This document shows positions 27,466 to 38,464 of a DNA stretch of 64,000 bases, in pieces. The position numbers were made by a program, and so were the translations under genes. Origin of the DNA: Candidatus Bathyarchaeota archaeon. GTDB lineage: Archaea; Thermoproteota; Bathyarchaeia; Bathyarchaeales; Bathycorpusculaceae. The notes under the pieces are model-generated. The model did no database searches. It was not told the DNA's origin and saw only the letters and a list, made by a program, of their open reading frames with translations. The stretch spans positions 832,001 through 896,000 of the forward strand of contig CAWHDT010000005.1 in NCBI GenBank assembly GCA_963828195.1. The letters run 5' to 3'. The number at the start of each line of letters is the position of its first letter. The stretch's first letter is position 1.

Positions 27466-30400
27466 ATGTCTAAAATCGAAACATCGGTTATCACTGTTGG
27501 AATTGGCGCTTCAGCTGGCGGCTTAGAAGCGTTCAAGGTTTTGCTCGAATGTTTGCCTGTCGGAACGGGTTTGTCTTTTGTTATAATTCAACATCTTGCT
27601 GCAGGCCAGGAAAGTATGTTGACCGATATTCTTACAAGATTTACCAAAATCCCTGTCCAAGCAGTCAAAAATAGGCTGCCCGTTGAACCAGACCACATTT
27701 ATGTGATCCCGCCTGGAACAACAATGACTATAGAAAACAAAGTCCTAAAATTAAAACCGCAGGGCAAGGTTTTGAAACCCATCGATGCTTTCTTTGTTTC
27801 GCTTGCTGAAGACTTGAAAAATCAAAGCATAGGAATTGTGCTCTCCGGAACAGGCTCTGATGGAACCGAGGGACTAAAAGCTATAAAAGCCCATGGAGGA
27901 ATCACTTTCGCACAATCTCCCGACTCAGCGCAATACGGCGACATGCCTCAAAGTGCAATTTCAGCCGAAGCGGCGGATTTCGTTTTACCTCCAGACAAGA
28001 TCGCCATGGAGCTTTCAAAAATTGCCAAGAATCCCCAACTTGCACGAAGCGAAATTGCAACAAAAGAAGAAGAAACTGTGGCAAAAGAAGAAAAGTCAAA
28101 GAAGGAAACAGGCTTAAATGCCGTATTTGCTATGTTGAAATCCACTTTCAATGTCGATTTCTCGCACTTCAAAGCGACTGTGATAAATCGGCGGGTCTCT
28201 CGTAGAATGGTAATTAATCACGTAGATAAAATGAACAATTATGTGGAGTACTTGCGGACGCATCCAAACGAGCTGGAAGCATTATACAATGACATGTTAA
28301 TTGGAGTAACGAGCTTCTTTAGAGAACCTGAAACATTTCAAGCATTGAAAGACACGGTGTTTCAGGGGCTGATCAAAAATCGACTATCTAAAGATCCAGT
28401 TCGAGTTTGGATTCCAGGCTGCTCAACAGGCGAAGAAGCCTATTCATTTGCTATAGTAATCCAAGAATATCTTGATGAAAACTCCATAACTGATCTTCAA
28501 ATCCAAATTTTCGGCACTGACGTGAACGAAAAAAACATTGAAAAAGCAAGACAGGGAATTTACCAAAAAACCATAGAAACCGACGTCAACGAGAGCCGAC
28601 TGAAACGTTTCTTCATAAGCTTTAGCGGTAACTATCAAATCTCCAAAACCATCCGAGACAAGTGCGTTTTCGCAAAGCAAGACATAACTGCTGATCCGCC
28701 CTTCTCTAACATGGACCTTCTCAGTTGCCGCAACATGCTCATCTACTTTGATGAAACCCTTCACGACAGAGTAGTACCAACACTACATTACGCGTTAAAA
28801 GCAGGCGGTTTTCTTGTTTTGGGGCAATCAGAAAGCATAGGAAAATTCGCCCAGTTATTTGAACCCCTAACCAAAAGGGGCACCATATACGTCAAAAAAA
28901 GAGCTCAACCCAGCGTCGCTTTTGGCCTGCAACCCACAGCTCCATACTTTAGAGCCAGAGCAGGTAAAGAAGGCGAAAAGAAAGATGCATTATCAGCGTT
29001 AAAAGATGAAGTAGACCGTTTGTTGATTACACAATATGTTCCTGCAGCATTGCTAGTCAACGCTGATTTGGACGTTCTTGTTTTTCGAGGAAACATTGCG
29101 CCTTATGTTTTGCCCGAATCTGGATTAGCAAGCTTGAATTTAGCCAAGATTTTCCGCAAAGAATTAAGATCTGAGGTTCAAACGATAATCTACAGGGCAA
29201 AAAAAGAGGATAAACCTGTTAAAGAAAATGCTATTCGGTTTGATTTTGGTGGAGAGCAAAAAACAATCAATATTCAGGTTGTTCCACTGCATGTCGCGCA
29301 GTATGAGGAGCCTTTTTTCCTTCTCCTCTTTGAAGACGTCAGTTCAGCGGCGGCACTTCTACGGCAAACTATGACGTTAACTTTTACTCCCGAAGGCAGA
29401 GAAGGCGTTAAGGATCAGCAGAACAGAGACCTTCGGGAGGAACTGGATTCTACTAAGCAGTATCTCCAGAGAGTTGTAGAAACTCAAGAAGCCACAAACG
29501 AAGAGTTAAGAACAACCGTAGAAGAGGCACAGTCAAGTAACGAGGAGCTGCAGAGCACGAACGAAGAGCTAGAAACGACTAAGGAAGAGCTTCAGTCGAG
29601 CAACGAAGAATTAAAAACGTTGAACGATGAAGTGAAAAATCGAAATCAAACGCTTGCACAATTGAACGATGACTTAATCAACGTGAATAGGAACATAGAT
29701 CTAGCAATCGTTATAATTGACAAGGGTTTAAGGGTCCGGTGGTTTACTCCTTCTGCGCAGAAAATTCTGAATCTTTCACCGTCAACAGTTGGATTACCAA
29801 TCACTAGTATCAGACTAAGCGTAATGGTTGAAGGCTTGGGAGCTATAATTTCCGAAGTGATTTCTAAACTAAGCAGCATTAACAAAGAAGTGACCGATGA
29901 ACAAGATCACCATTATGAAATGCGAATACGACCTTACATAACCCAAGAAGACAAAATTGACGGCGCCGTCTTGTACTTTGTGGATATTGAGGATAGAAAA
30001 CAACTCGAAAAATCTCAACGTTTGGCGGCTATAGGCGCGACAGCTGGTATGGTTGGGCATGACATCCGAAATCCACTGCAGGCGATAGTCAGCGACGTTT
30101 TCTTGGCAACGTCAGATTTAGCGTCGTTCCCGGACAAGGAAGAAAAGCAAAGTATCCTAGAGAGCTTAGAGTCTATTTCGAAGAATACAGATTACATTAA
30201 CAAGATTGTGGCTGACCTTCAAGACTATGCAAAGACGATTAACCCTGTTGCTGCGGAAACCGATTTAGAAGCCTTATTCGAACAATTGCTGCAGGAAAAA
30301 GCTGTCCCTGAAAACATCAAGGCTTCGTGCAGTGTTGAGAGAATCGTTAAAAAAATTATGGTTGACTGTAATTTGCTGCAGCGGATTCTTGAAAATCTGG

Positions 30401-30684
30401 TTTCAAACGCAATTCAAGCTATGCCCAATGGAGGAGAACTTGCTCTAAGCGCACGTCGGGAAGCAGGCGACGTAGTAATTTATGTTCAGGATACGGGCGT
30501 TGGCATCCCTGATAGGGTTAAGCCGAAGCTTTTCACTCCATTTTTCACCACTAAATCTAAAGGTCAAGGTTTAGGATTGGCGGTTGTCAAGCGCATGGCT
30601 GAAGCGCTGGGTGGAGCCGTCTCGTTTGAGAGCCAGGAAAGCAAAGGAACAACCTTCCAAATACGTTTGCCAACAAAAAACTAA
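27466..30684 (+). CDS. CheB methylesterase-CheR methyltransferase-PAS-histidine kinase fusion
   Basis: GASAGG/QH/GTGSDG (CheB), VTSFFRE/GCSTGEE/CRNMLIY (CheR), NEELQS coiled coil, GHDIRNPL, NAIQAM, DTGVGI, GQGLGL. Confidence 0.95.
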   Translation: MSKIETSVITVGIGASAGGLEAFKVLLECLPVGTGLSFVIIQHLAAGQESMLTDILTRFTKIPVQAVKNRLPVEPDHIYVIPPGTTMTIENKVLKLKPQGKVLKPIDAFFVSLAEDLKNQSIGIVLSGTGSDGTEGLKAIKAHGGITFAQSPDSAQYGDMPQSAISAEAADFVLPPDKIAMELSKIAKNPQLARSEIATKEEETVAKEEKSKKETGLNAVFAMLKSTFNVDFSHFKATVINRRVSRRMVINHVDKMNNYVEYLRTHPNELEALYNDMLIGVTSFFREPETFQALKDTVFQGLIKNRLSKDPVRVWIPGCSTGEEAYSFAIVIQEYLDENSITDLQIQIFGTDVNEKNIEKARQGIYQKTIETDVNESRLKRFFISFSGNYQISKTIRDKCVFAKQDITADPPFSNMDLLSCRNMLIYFDETLHDRVVPTLHYALKAGGFLVLGQSESIGKFAQLFEPLTKRGTIYVKKRAQPSVAFGLQPTAPYFRARAGKEGEKKDALSALKDEVDRLLITQYVPAALLVNADLDVLVFRGNIAPYVLPESGLASLNLAKIFRKELRSEVQTIIYRAKKEDKPVKENAIRFDFGGEQKTINIQVVPLHVAQYEEPFFLLLFEDVSSAAALLRQTMTLTFTPEGREGVKDQQNRDLREELDSTKQYLQRVVETQEATNEELRTTVEEAQSSNEELQSTNEELETTKEELQSSNEELKTLNDEVKNRNQTLAQLNDDLINVNRNIDLAIVIIDKGLRVRWFTPSAQKILNLSPSTVGLPITSIRLSVMVEGLGAIISEVISKLSSINKEVTDEQDHHYEMRIRPYITQEDKIDGAVLYFVDIEDRKQLEKSQRLAAIGATAGMVGHDIRNPLQAIVSDVFLATSDLASFPDKEEKQSILESLESISKNTDYINKIVADLQDYAKTINPVAAETDLEALFEQLLQEKAVPENIKASCSVERIVKKIMVDCNLLQRILENLVSNAIQAMPNGGELALSARREAGDVVIYVQDTGVGIPDRVKPKLFTPFFTTKSKGQGLGLAVVKRMAEALGGAVSFESQESKGTTFQIRLPTKN

Positions 30685-31094
30685 ACGACAAAACACTTAA
30701 CGAGTGACAAAAGGATCTGGCGACAAGTGATGGCTTTAGAAGAAATGAATGAAACTGACACTTTTGCAGTCCAGAGGGAAAAAGACTCTTCTATGCAATG
30801 AAAACTTTCTTTTGGATCAGGCAAAGTTTTTCTTCACACTCAGCCCCCGCCCGCCGTTACGATCGGCGAGTATATTCTAATCTTTCTGGGAATCGGATAC
30901 ATACTGTATGGACAACGAATTTACCTCGAAAATGAACCGAATGACGCACAAACGAGGCCTCAATGAAGCAAAGACAGCGTAGAAAACTGCGCAAAAAAGA
31001 AATTCAGGTTACATTTTTGCCTAGAAGAAGCCCAGATCGACACTAATCAACACAATTTACACAAAAACGCACATGACCTGCAGACAAAACCAAG

Positions 31095-31296
31095 CCTAAA
31101 TCAAAAAAGCAACCTGAATTAAGCCCTGAATCTGACCAGCCTACCCTATGAGGGGGTCTAGTATTTTCACTAAAAATCCATTGTAAATATGGCATGCAGA
31201 AGAAGAAGAAAAAAACTTTTCCAAGGCTTCTTCTTCTTTTGAATAAATATTTTGCCGAGAAGAACAACATTTGAATTCTAGGTGTTGTTGTTCTTT
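31095..31296 (-). repeat. Left arm of 202-bp inverted repeat (multi-hairpin element)
   Basis: Reverse complement of 35134-35335; the ORF track shows an identical peptide from both arms. Confidence 0.95.
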
Positions 31297-31472
31297 CAAA
31301 ATTGAAAAATGGCGCCAGAAACCAACCACAAATATGCAGCTGACAACCCAAAAACTCTAGACAGAAGCTGAAACAAAGAACAACCATCTTAAATCTAAGC
31401 TAAATGTTTATATTTCCGTGCGTTTTTTGCTTATTTCCGAATTAAAATAAAGTTCTATTAAAGGGATAATAT

Positions 31473-33125
31473 ATGGCGTATTTAACAACAACAGGTTCAG
31501 GACAGCCCGTGTTGATTCTGAAGGAAGGAACAACTCGGAGCAGAGGCAAAGAAGCCCAGAGAAACAACATAATGGCGGCCCAAGTCATCGGCGAAGTGCT
31601 AAAAACGACCCTTGGCCCAAGAGGCATGGATAAAATGCTTGTTGACAGCTTAGGCGACATAACAATCACAAACGACGGAGCAGCAATCCTAAAAGAAATC
31701 GACGTTGAGCACCCAGCAGCAAAGATGATGGTTGAAATCGCAAAAACACAGGACGACATGGTCGGCGACGGAACCACAACCGCGGTTGTGCTTGCAAGCG
31801 AACTGCTTAAAAAAGCTGAAGAACTGCTTGAACAAAACATTCACCCGATCATCCTTGTCAGCGGATACCGCAAAGCGTCGCAGAAAGCCATCGAAACCAT
31901 AAACAAAATATCTGTTCCGCTGGACATAAACGACCGCAAAACACTCCTCAAAGTCGCGTTAACCTCGATGAGCAGCAAATCAGTGGGTTCAGCACGCGAT
32001 CACCTTGCAGAAATATCCATAGACGCGGTGAAACAGATTGCGGAGAAACGCGGCGACAAAACCATCGCTGACATAGACAACATCCAGCTTGTCAAGAAAA
32101 CAGGCAAAAGCCTCCTTGAAACCCAGCTTATCAGAGGAATCATCATCGACAAAGAAGTCGTTAACCCAGGAATGCCCAAGACAAAAGAGAACGCGAAGGT
32201 CCTGCTCTTAGACGTGGCGCTGGAGATAGAGAAGACAGAGATCAGCGCTGAAATCCGCATCAAAGACCCATCACAGATGAAAGCGTTCCTTGACCAAGAA
32301 AACGACATGATGGAGAAGATGGTTACAAAAGTCAAAGCTTCGGGCGCAGACATCGTTTTCTGCCAAAAAGGCATTGACGACATGGTCCAGCACTTTCTTT
32401 CCAAAGCGGGCATAATGGCGGCTAGACGCGTGAAAGAGTCAGACATGGAGAAACTCGCGAAAGCTACAGGCGCAAGAATAATCAGCGACCTCGACGACCT
32501 CAAAGCAGCAGACCTCGGCTTAGCAGGTTTAGTGGATGAACGCAAAATCGGCGACGACAAAATGATATTCGTCGAAAAATGCAAAGACCCCCATAGCGTA
32601 GCCATACTGATCCGCGCAGGACTCGAACGCATGGTTGACGAAGCAGAAAGAGCCATAACCGACTCGCTATCAGTGGTTTCAGACGTGATTGAAAACAACA
32701 AAATTGTTCCAGGCGGCGGCGCAGTAGAAATCGAAATATCTAAAGAACTACGCAAGTACGCAACAAAAGTCGGCGGAAGAGAACAGCTTGCAGTGGAAGC
32801 ATTCGCAGACGCAGTCGAAGTGATCCCACGCACGCTTGCAGAAAACGCAGGCCTCCAACCCATAGACATCCTCGTTGAACTGCGCTCAAAACACGACACA
32901 GCTGACGGCAAAAACATCGGTATCAACGTTTTCACAGGCAAACTGCAGAACAGCATCGAAGAAGGAGTCATAGAGCCACTCGTTGTCAAAGAACAAGCCA
33001 TCAAATCAGCAGCCGAATCAGCAGCCATGATACTTCGCATAGACGACGTCATAACAGCAAAATCACCAAAAAGCGGCCCAGGCGGACCCGGCGGAATGCC
33101 AGGCGGCATGGGCGGCGAAGAATAA
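31473..33125 (+). CDS. ths: Thermosome (group II chaperonin) subunit
   Basis: [41 protein letters not shown] tail. Confidence 0.98.
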   Translation: MAYLTTTGSGQPVLILKEGTTRSRGKEAQRNNIMAAQVIGEVLKTTLGPRGMDKMLVDSLGDITITNDGAAILKEIDVEHPAAKMMVEIAKTQDDMVGDGTTTAVVLASELLKKAEELLEQNIHPIILVSGYRKASQKAIETINKISVPLDINDRKTLLKVALTSMSSKSVGSARDHLAEISIDAVKQIAEKRGDKTIADIDNIQLVKKTGKSLLETQLIRGIIIDKEVVNPGMPKTKENAKVLLLDVALEIEKTEISAEIRIKDPSQMKAFLDQENDMMEKMVTKVKASGADIVFCQKGIDDMVQHFLSKAGIMAARRVKESDMEKLAKATGARIISDLDDLKAADLGLAGLVDERKIGDDKMIFVEKCKDPHSVAILIRAGLERMVDEAERAITDSLSVVSDVIENNKIVPGGGAVEIEISKELRKYATKVGGREQLAVEAFADAVEVIPRTLAENAGLQPIDILVELRSKHDTADGKNIGINVFTGKLQNSIEEGVIEPLVVKEQAIKSAAESAAMILRIDDVITAKSPKSGPGGPGGMPGGMGGEE

Positions 33126-33136
33126 ACCAAACCCAA

Positions 33137-33150
33137 ATTTTTCTTTTTTA
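33137..33150 (+). terminator. Oligo-T terminator after thermosome
   Basis: T-rich tract ~12 nt after the stop, typical of archaeal intrinsic terminators. Confidence 0.55.
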
Positions 33151-33293
33151 GTTTAACCTATTTTCAACATATCCGCACTAAAACCTAAATCATAAGAACC
33201 AAAAAACTGCTTTTTTAGGCAATCAAAAAGATATTATTCCACATTAGGGATTCTGTTAAGTGGTGTTTCAAACTAATTTTGTGGTGAACAGAA

Positions 33294-34229
33294 ATGGCGG
33301 AGCTAAACCAGAAAACTGATGTTTTAATCATCGGCAGCGGACCGTCGGGTTTAACCGCGGCTATTTACACGTCGTGGCTCGGGTTAAAAACCGTGGTTTT
33401 AGAATCGGGAATCGCGGGTGGAAGAGCTTGGTTAGCTCCGAAAATCGAGAATTTTCCAGGCTTCGAGCTTGGCATTAAGGGCAGCGAGCTGGTTGAAAAG
33501 ATGCGTTTGCAAGCCTTGCGTTTTCACGCGGAAATCAGGGAGGACGAGGAAGTTGTGGGTTTAGAGTTGCAGGGTGAGGTTAAACGTGTTGTCTCGCGAA
33601 AGCAAACCTATGAGACCCACGTTGTGATTATTGCGACTGGAACGCAGAGAAGAAAACTGTTGGTTCCGGGGGAAACCGACTTTATCGGTCGAGGCGTCAG
33701 CTACTGTGTAACTTGTGATGGACCTTTTTTTAAGCGTGCAAAAGTGATGGTTGTCGGCAACGGGGAAGAAGCCGCAATTGACGCGCTGTTTCTATCTGAA
33801 ATCGCAGAAAACGTCATGCTGGTAACTAATGAGGGGGAACTGGAGATTTCTGGCACATTAATTGATAGGCTGAGAAATAAACCCAACGTAGAAATAATCA
33901 TGGGCAAGATAACCCAAATAATGGGTGAGCAAACTGTTAAAGCAGCGAAAATACTTGATTTTGGTTCTCAGCGTGAAGTGGACAGAGAGGTTAAGGGGGT
34001 TTTTGTTTCTTTAGGCGGCGTTCCCTTGACTGCTATTGTAAGTAACGCTGGAGTAGCCACTGACAGGAACGGCTGCTTAACTGTTGATCGCCAGCAAAGA
34101 ACAAGCGTCGAAGGGGTCTTCGCGGCTGGAGACTGCACTTGTGGCGGAATGCAGGTGATCACGGCTGCTGGGGAGGGCGCGATGGCTGCGATGCGTGCTT
34201 CAGCGCACGTGAGAAGAGTAAATGTTTAG
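33294..34229 (+). CDS. trxB: Thioredoxin reductase
   Basis: IIGSGPSGLTAA, IENFPG, GVSYCVTCDG, FAAGDC. Confidence 0.9.
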   Translation: MAELNQKTDVLIIGSGPSGLTAAIYTSWLGLKTVVLESGIAGGRAWLAPKIENFPGFELGIKGSELVEKMRLQALRFHAEIREDEEVVGLELQGEVKRVVSRKQTYETHVVIIATGTQRRKLLVPGETDFIGRGVSYCVTCDGPFFKRAKVMVVGNGEEAAIDALFLSEIAENVMLVTNEGELEISGTLIDRLRNKPNVEIIMGKITQIMGEQTVKAAKILDFGSQREVDREVKGVFVSLGGVPLTAIVSNAGVATDRNGCLTVDRQQRTSVEGVFAAGDCTCGGMQVITAAGEGAMAAMRASAHVRRVNV

Positions 34230-34361
34230 TCGTCATGCGTTTGTGCATGAATTTGTGTTTTTGTGTTATTCGCCTGAATTTTTTGGTCATTTAATGATTA
34301 ATTTTTTATACTTCTAGTGAACACTCAGGTTTAACGATTCATTGAGGGGGAAGGGGAAGGC

Positions 34362-34640
34362 TTGACAAGTATAAAAAAACGGTTAGACTACGTCCTAAAT
34401 GAGCTTTCAGTTATGAACAGTGAACCTAACGAAGAAGCGTCAAGCAGCGTGGCGGCGCAGTTGTCAATTATTAAAGGTGCCTTCAAAGAGTCAGATCACT
34501 ACCCAGTATGCTGCTTCAATTTTGATGCTTGCTACAGAATAGTTTGCGATGTTCAGGGTCCATTGGCGTCGGAGGAATTCATGAAGAAATGCAGAGCATG
34601 CCAAGCTCAAATTAAGCAGGCTCTTGCAGTTCTATCTTAA
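34362..34640 (+). CDS. Hypothetical Cys-containing protein
   Basis: RBS-like gggaagg before TTG; CC...C...C...CxxC. Confidence 0.6.
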   Translation: MTSIKKRLDYVLNELSVMNSEPNEEASSSVAAQLSIIKGAFKESDHYPVCCFNFDACYRIVCDVQGPLASEEFMKKCRACQAQIKQALAVLS

Positions 34641-34742
34641 TCGGTTTCGGCTGCTTGACCGCCGCAATAGTTGTTGCCGTCGCTTTACAGTCACACATCT
34701 TTAAAGCGTGCCTTTTACGTTAAATTGCTCGGCGAAAAAATT

Positions 34743-35063
34743 ATGATGGAAAGAAACGAAAAAAATATGGCGCAGAACGAAAGAACTATGCAGAAATACC
34801 TTGTTTTAATCAAAGTGGATACAACAAAAACGTTGGATTTCTTCAATTCAATATCAGCGCTTTCAAACATGCCGGCTCCAGGCGTGAGGCTTGACGCAAC
34901 CTACAACGTCTTTGGAAACTGGGATTTTGCCGTGTGGTTTGAAGCAAACACAAACGAAGATGCGGTTCACTTCGTCGGGGAACAAATCCGCTCAATAAAA
35001 GGCGTAACTGAAACAGTTACAATGCCAGCAACAGCCGTCAAAGAATACCCAATGAACATGTAA
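34743..35063 (+). CDS. Lrp/AsnC ligand-binding-like domain protein
   Basis: YNVFGNWDFAV...IRSIKGVTETVT. Confidence 0.75.
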   Translation: MMERNEKNMAQNERTMQKYLVLIKVDTTKTLDFFNSISALSNMPAPGVRLDATYNVFGNWDFAVWFEANTNEDAVHFVGEQIRSIKGVTETVTMPATAVKEYPMNM

Positions 35064-35133
35064 AACCCAAATCTTTCTTTTTTTTCTTTTTCGTTTTGCC
35101 GCTGAATTTTGCCATAAATTTTTCTCTTTTTCA

Positions 35134-35335
35134 AAAGAACAACAACACCTAGAATTCAAATGTTGTTCTTCTCGGCAAAATATTTATTCAAAAGAAGAAG
35201 AAGCCTTGGAAAAGTTTTTTTCTTCTTCTTCTGCATGCCATATTTACAATGGATTTTTAGTGAAAATACTAGACCCCCTCATAGGGTAGGCTGGTCAGAT
35301 TCAGGGCTTAATTCAGGTTGCTTTTTTGATTTAGG
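35134..35335 (+). repeat. Right arm of 202-bp inverted repeat
   Basis: Reverse complement of 31095-31296. Confidence 0.95.
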
Positions 35336-35642
35336 GCTTGCAGCGTTTGCAGGCTGATCACGCGTTTCATGCGTCTTTTGTCGGTTTTTTCTAACGCTTA
35401 GCAGCCTTGAGCATTTATGATTTATTCATCTTCTTAGGTTCATGGGTGGGCGTTTTGGGTTCCGTCGGAGGCAGAAATGGTTATTTTTGTATATTTTGAA
35501 TTATACATTTTTAAAATATACAGTTGGCGCCAGCGGCGTTCGCTATTTTCGCAAAGTCGTTTAAAGAGAAGAGTTTGGAAGATGAAAATGTGCGGTTGTT
35601 TGACTTAAAAGACAACGAAAACCTGATAGCTTGATTTTGGCG

Positions 35643-35903
35643 CTATTCTTTCAAGTCGTCTTCTTCGTTCCTCATTTTGTCGAGCTCCGCCTTAACTTCT
35701 TCGACGGTGGCCACATCTGAGTATGCACCCGCCATATCCCAAAACGACTTTACAGGCTTCAACAGCAAACCCTTCTTCTTCTCCTCAATAACAAAGGTTG
35801 ACCTGTCCTCTATCTCGTATTTTTTGCGCAACCAAAGGGGAATAGTAATGTGCCCGTTCTTTATTTTGACAACCCTGTTTTTCCTCATTGCGATTTCCTG
35901 CAT
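35643..35903 (-). CDS. AbrB/MazE-family antitoxin
   Basis: KNGHITIPLWLRKKYEI...LLLKPV. Confidence 0.85.
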   Translation of the reverse strand: MQEIAMRKNRVVKIKNGHITIPLWLRKKYEIEDRSTFVIEEKKKGLLLKPVKSFWDMAGAYSDVATVEEVKAELDKMRNEEDDLKE

Positions 35904-35942
35904 ACCTGCAATTAGAGAAACTTAATTGTGGAAACTCGTTTT

Positions 35943-36329
35943 TCATATCCAAGCTGTTTGGATTTCTTTGATTTGCTTGATGTGCTGGTCATCTGTGATG
36001 CAGACTGCCTTGAGCATAAGTGCCGTGGCGGCAATCATGCTGTCGCCCATTGAAATATGGTACTTGTGCCGCAGCTCAGCGGAGATTTCCGCTACTTTGC
36101 TATCAACTGGAACTATTTTAAAATCTTGTTTTACATAGGCAACTTGGGTTTTTGCGGTTTCTCGGTCGTCGGTCTCTATCGTGTTGTTGTATAACTCATG
36201 AATAACGACAGAGGAAACATATTTTTCTTTTCTGGTCATTTCTGCTCTTATTTTCCTGCGCGTCTCTTCATCGGTTGTTCTGTAAAGCTCGATGAAGAAT
36301 CGCGTGTCATAAACTGCCGTTTTATTCAT
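35943..36329 (-). CDS. vapC: PIN-domain VapC toxin
   Basis: VYDTRFF, VIHEL, SMGDSMIAATA, ITDD; ATG at 36329 overlaps the upstream antitoxin. Confidence 0.9.
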   Translation of the reverse strand: MNKTAVYDTRFFIELYRTTDEETRRKIRAEMTRKEKYVSSVVIHELYNNTIETDDRETAKTQVAYVKQDFKIVPVDSKVAEISAELRHKYHISMGDSMIAATALMLKAVCITDDQHIKQIKEIQTAWI

Positions 36330-36666
36330 CGTCTTCTTCGTGCCTGAGCTTGTAGAGTAACTTGTCCATTTTTTCCGCGGTTGCGGCATCCACTGGGAAT
36401 GCGCCTATCATGTCCCATATTGTTTTTTTCGGCTTAAACAGTATGCCGTCTTCTGTGGCGATTACTGTGAGTTTAGTGCCTACTTCAATTTTGTATTTTC
36501 TGCGCAGCTTCACGGGGATGGTGGTTTGGCCTTTTTTGGTGACTACAACTTCGGCCACGGCAACTTGCTTCGCGTCAGCTTCTGTTTTCTCGGCTTTTTT
36601 TCCGACAACTTCACTTTCCAACTTTTTTCGCCGTATTACTTTCAGATACGTATTACCTTTAAGCAT
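36322..36666 (-). CDS. AbrB/MazE-family antitoxin (start uncertain)
   Basis: VTKKGQTTIPVKLRRKYKIEVG...GILFKP. Confidence 0.88.
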   Translation of the reverse strand: MLKGNTYLKVIRRKKLESEVVGKKAEKTEADAKQVAVAEVVVTKKGQTTIPVKLRRKYKIEVGTKLTVIATEDGILFKPKKTIWDMIGAFPVDAATAEKMDKLLYKLRHEEDDE

Positions 36667-36890
36667 TGCGGAGAAAACTTAGGTCACTGCAAACGCGGAA
36701 GCTGCAGTCATGTGTGTGGACGAATAAGAGCAAGAAGAGCCTTCACGTCACTCAAACTTTAAGCCGCAAAGTCCCAGCGAATGGGTTGTGTAGAAACAAG
36801 TGGTTGAAAAATTATTTTATTTATTTATTATTTTTTCTATTCTGAACGAGAAAAAAGAAAAAAATTTGTTAGTTGTTCGCTGGCGCTGTA

Positions 36891-37223
36891 CTACATCATT
36901 GGCATTATTTCGAGGACTTCAATGCTTGATTTCGGCATCATGTAATGCGGGTGGTTGGCGATTATCGCTTTCACTCCGTCCATGTTTTCTGCTTGAACAA
37001 TAGAGTAGCCTGCCACTTCAGTTTTCCCCTTAGAACTGCCTGTCTTAGTAAAATTCACCCCGTTTCCCAACATGTTTCCGTTATCAACGATCGATTTTCC
37101 GCATTTCTTAAACCAAGCCATCCAAGGCTCCATTCCTTTCTTCATTTCCTCGGGACTACTCGCTTTCATTTGAGCTTCAACGACGGATGCTGGCGCCATG
37201 TACAAAATCATAAATTTCTTCAA
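36891..37223 (-). CDS. YCII-related protein
   Basis: MKKFMILY...WMAW...VAGYSIVQA...HPH...IEV. Confidence 0.75.
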   Translation of the reverse strand: MKKFMILYMAPASVVEAQMKASSPEEMKKGMEPWMAWFKKCGKSIVDNGNMLGNGVNFTKTGSSKGKTEVAGYSIVQAENMDGVKAIIANHPHYMMPKSSIEVLEIMPMM

Positions 37224-37424
37224 AACAAATTCACCACTTAACTAGTAGACAACCCATCTTTTTATCATTATCGCCCGGAACAAAATCATCATGCGCTGCC
37301 CGCCATATTCGCGAAAGAGGAGTCATTGGGCAAGAGATATGAGCATTATTTTATGTTTTGATAAGCTGCTCAGGGTTGCAAAGGCTTTTTAGAATAAACG
37401 CCCCTTGCAACTATTGTGACCCTT

Positions 37425-37967
37425 ATGAGTCTACTTGAATCAGCCGATTTTATCATGAAAAAGAAAATCCTCTCCATGCACGAACACTACGACTTCGAAG
37501 ACCTCAAAGGCAACAAACTAGGCGAAGCCGACGGCAACCTCGTCCAGGTCCCGCCTAAATTCCAAGTCAAAGACACCCACGGCGCAGAGCTTATGGAGGT
37601 GCATGGCAAAGTGTTCTCGATACGCCACGAATTCACCCTCCACGGCCAAGGAGGCGAAATGCTGGGAACCATAAAAAAGAAAATAGCCAAACTCGTCGGC
37701 GAAGAATTCTGGGTAGAAAAAGACGGCGTGGAGTTCATGCGCATCTACGGAAACTTTACCCAGCACGAATACCAATTCGAAGTCGCCGGGCAGGCGGTTG
37801 CTTCGGTCCACAGGAAATGGGTAACCCTAAGAGACCAACTAGGAGTATCAATAACAACAGAAGCCGACCACCGAATAATAATCGGAGCCATAATCGTAAT
37901 AGAACACATAGAAGTCACAGAAAAACAATCATCATCAGGCTCAGGGATCGGGAACATTCGATTTTAA
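37425..37967 (+). CDS. LURP-one/scramblase (tubby-like) family protein
   Basis: MKKKILS...YDF...IYGNFTQHEY...VASVHRKW...D pattern. Confidence 0.8.
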   Translation: MSLLESADFIMKKKILSMHEHYDFEDLKGNKLGEADGNLVQVPPKFQVKDTHGAELMEVHGKVFSIRHEFTLHGQGGEMLGTIKKKIAKLVGEEFWVEKDGVEFMRIYGNFTQHEYQFEVAGQAVASVHRKWVTLRDQLGVSITTEADHRIIIGAIIVIEHIEVTEKQSSSGSGIGNIRF

Positions 37968-38056
37968 GAATTACTCAAGACCTTTTTTAACCGAACACTA
38001 GAAGTTGTCGGGTCCTAATGTGCGACGAGCACCTGGAATAGTTGAACCGAGCCCAC

Positions 38057-38419
38057 TTATTTTCCAGTTCTAAAAATTGACGGATCTATTTTTTGAATAT
38101 TGACTTTCAAGCCTCTGCCAGTAAAACTAAACTTTATGGTATTCGCAATATTGCAGAAGAATTCCAAATAGGTAGTAGTGACAATAGGCATGTCTTTGTT
38201 ATTAAGAAGGTCAAAGATTAGCTCAGCAAATTGGATGAGTGCTAACATGTCTATTTTCGTGGAGCCGATGTAAGAATCAATTACACTAAACAGAGATAAA
38301 ATGCCCGTCACATTCTTTTTGATTTTTACCTTGTTCTTTTTTGAGTTTTCAGTCAATCCAATAATATCTTCAGTTAGTTTTCTGATTTGATCTTTTTTCT
38401 CCCTCATAACGTTAATCAA
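38057..38419 (-). CDS. Hypothetical protein (AT-rich)
   Basis: 120-aa ORF, no recognisable motif. Confidence 0.5.
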   Translation of the reverse strand: MINVMREKKDQIRKLTEDIIGLTENSKKNKVKIKKNVTGILSLFSVIDSYIGSTKIDMLALIQFAELIFDLLNNKDMPIVTTTYLEFFCNIANTIKFSFTGRGLKVNIQKIDPSIFRTGK

Positions 38420-38464
38420 AAAACTTAAATTTGAAACCGAATAAAATTAACTAATGATTTGAAA

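Noticed and set aside
31043-31387. ORFs at 31043-31387 and 35160-35357 sharing an identical peptide
   Set aside because: They are translations of the non-coding 202-bp repeat, not credible proteins.
32000-33136. 378-aa antisense ORF inside the thermosome gene
   Set aside because: Shadow frame produced by codon bias in a highly expressed gene; no motifs.
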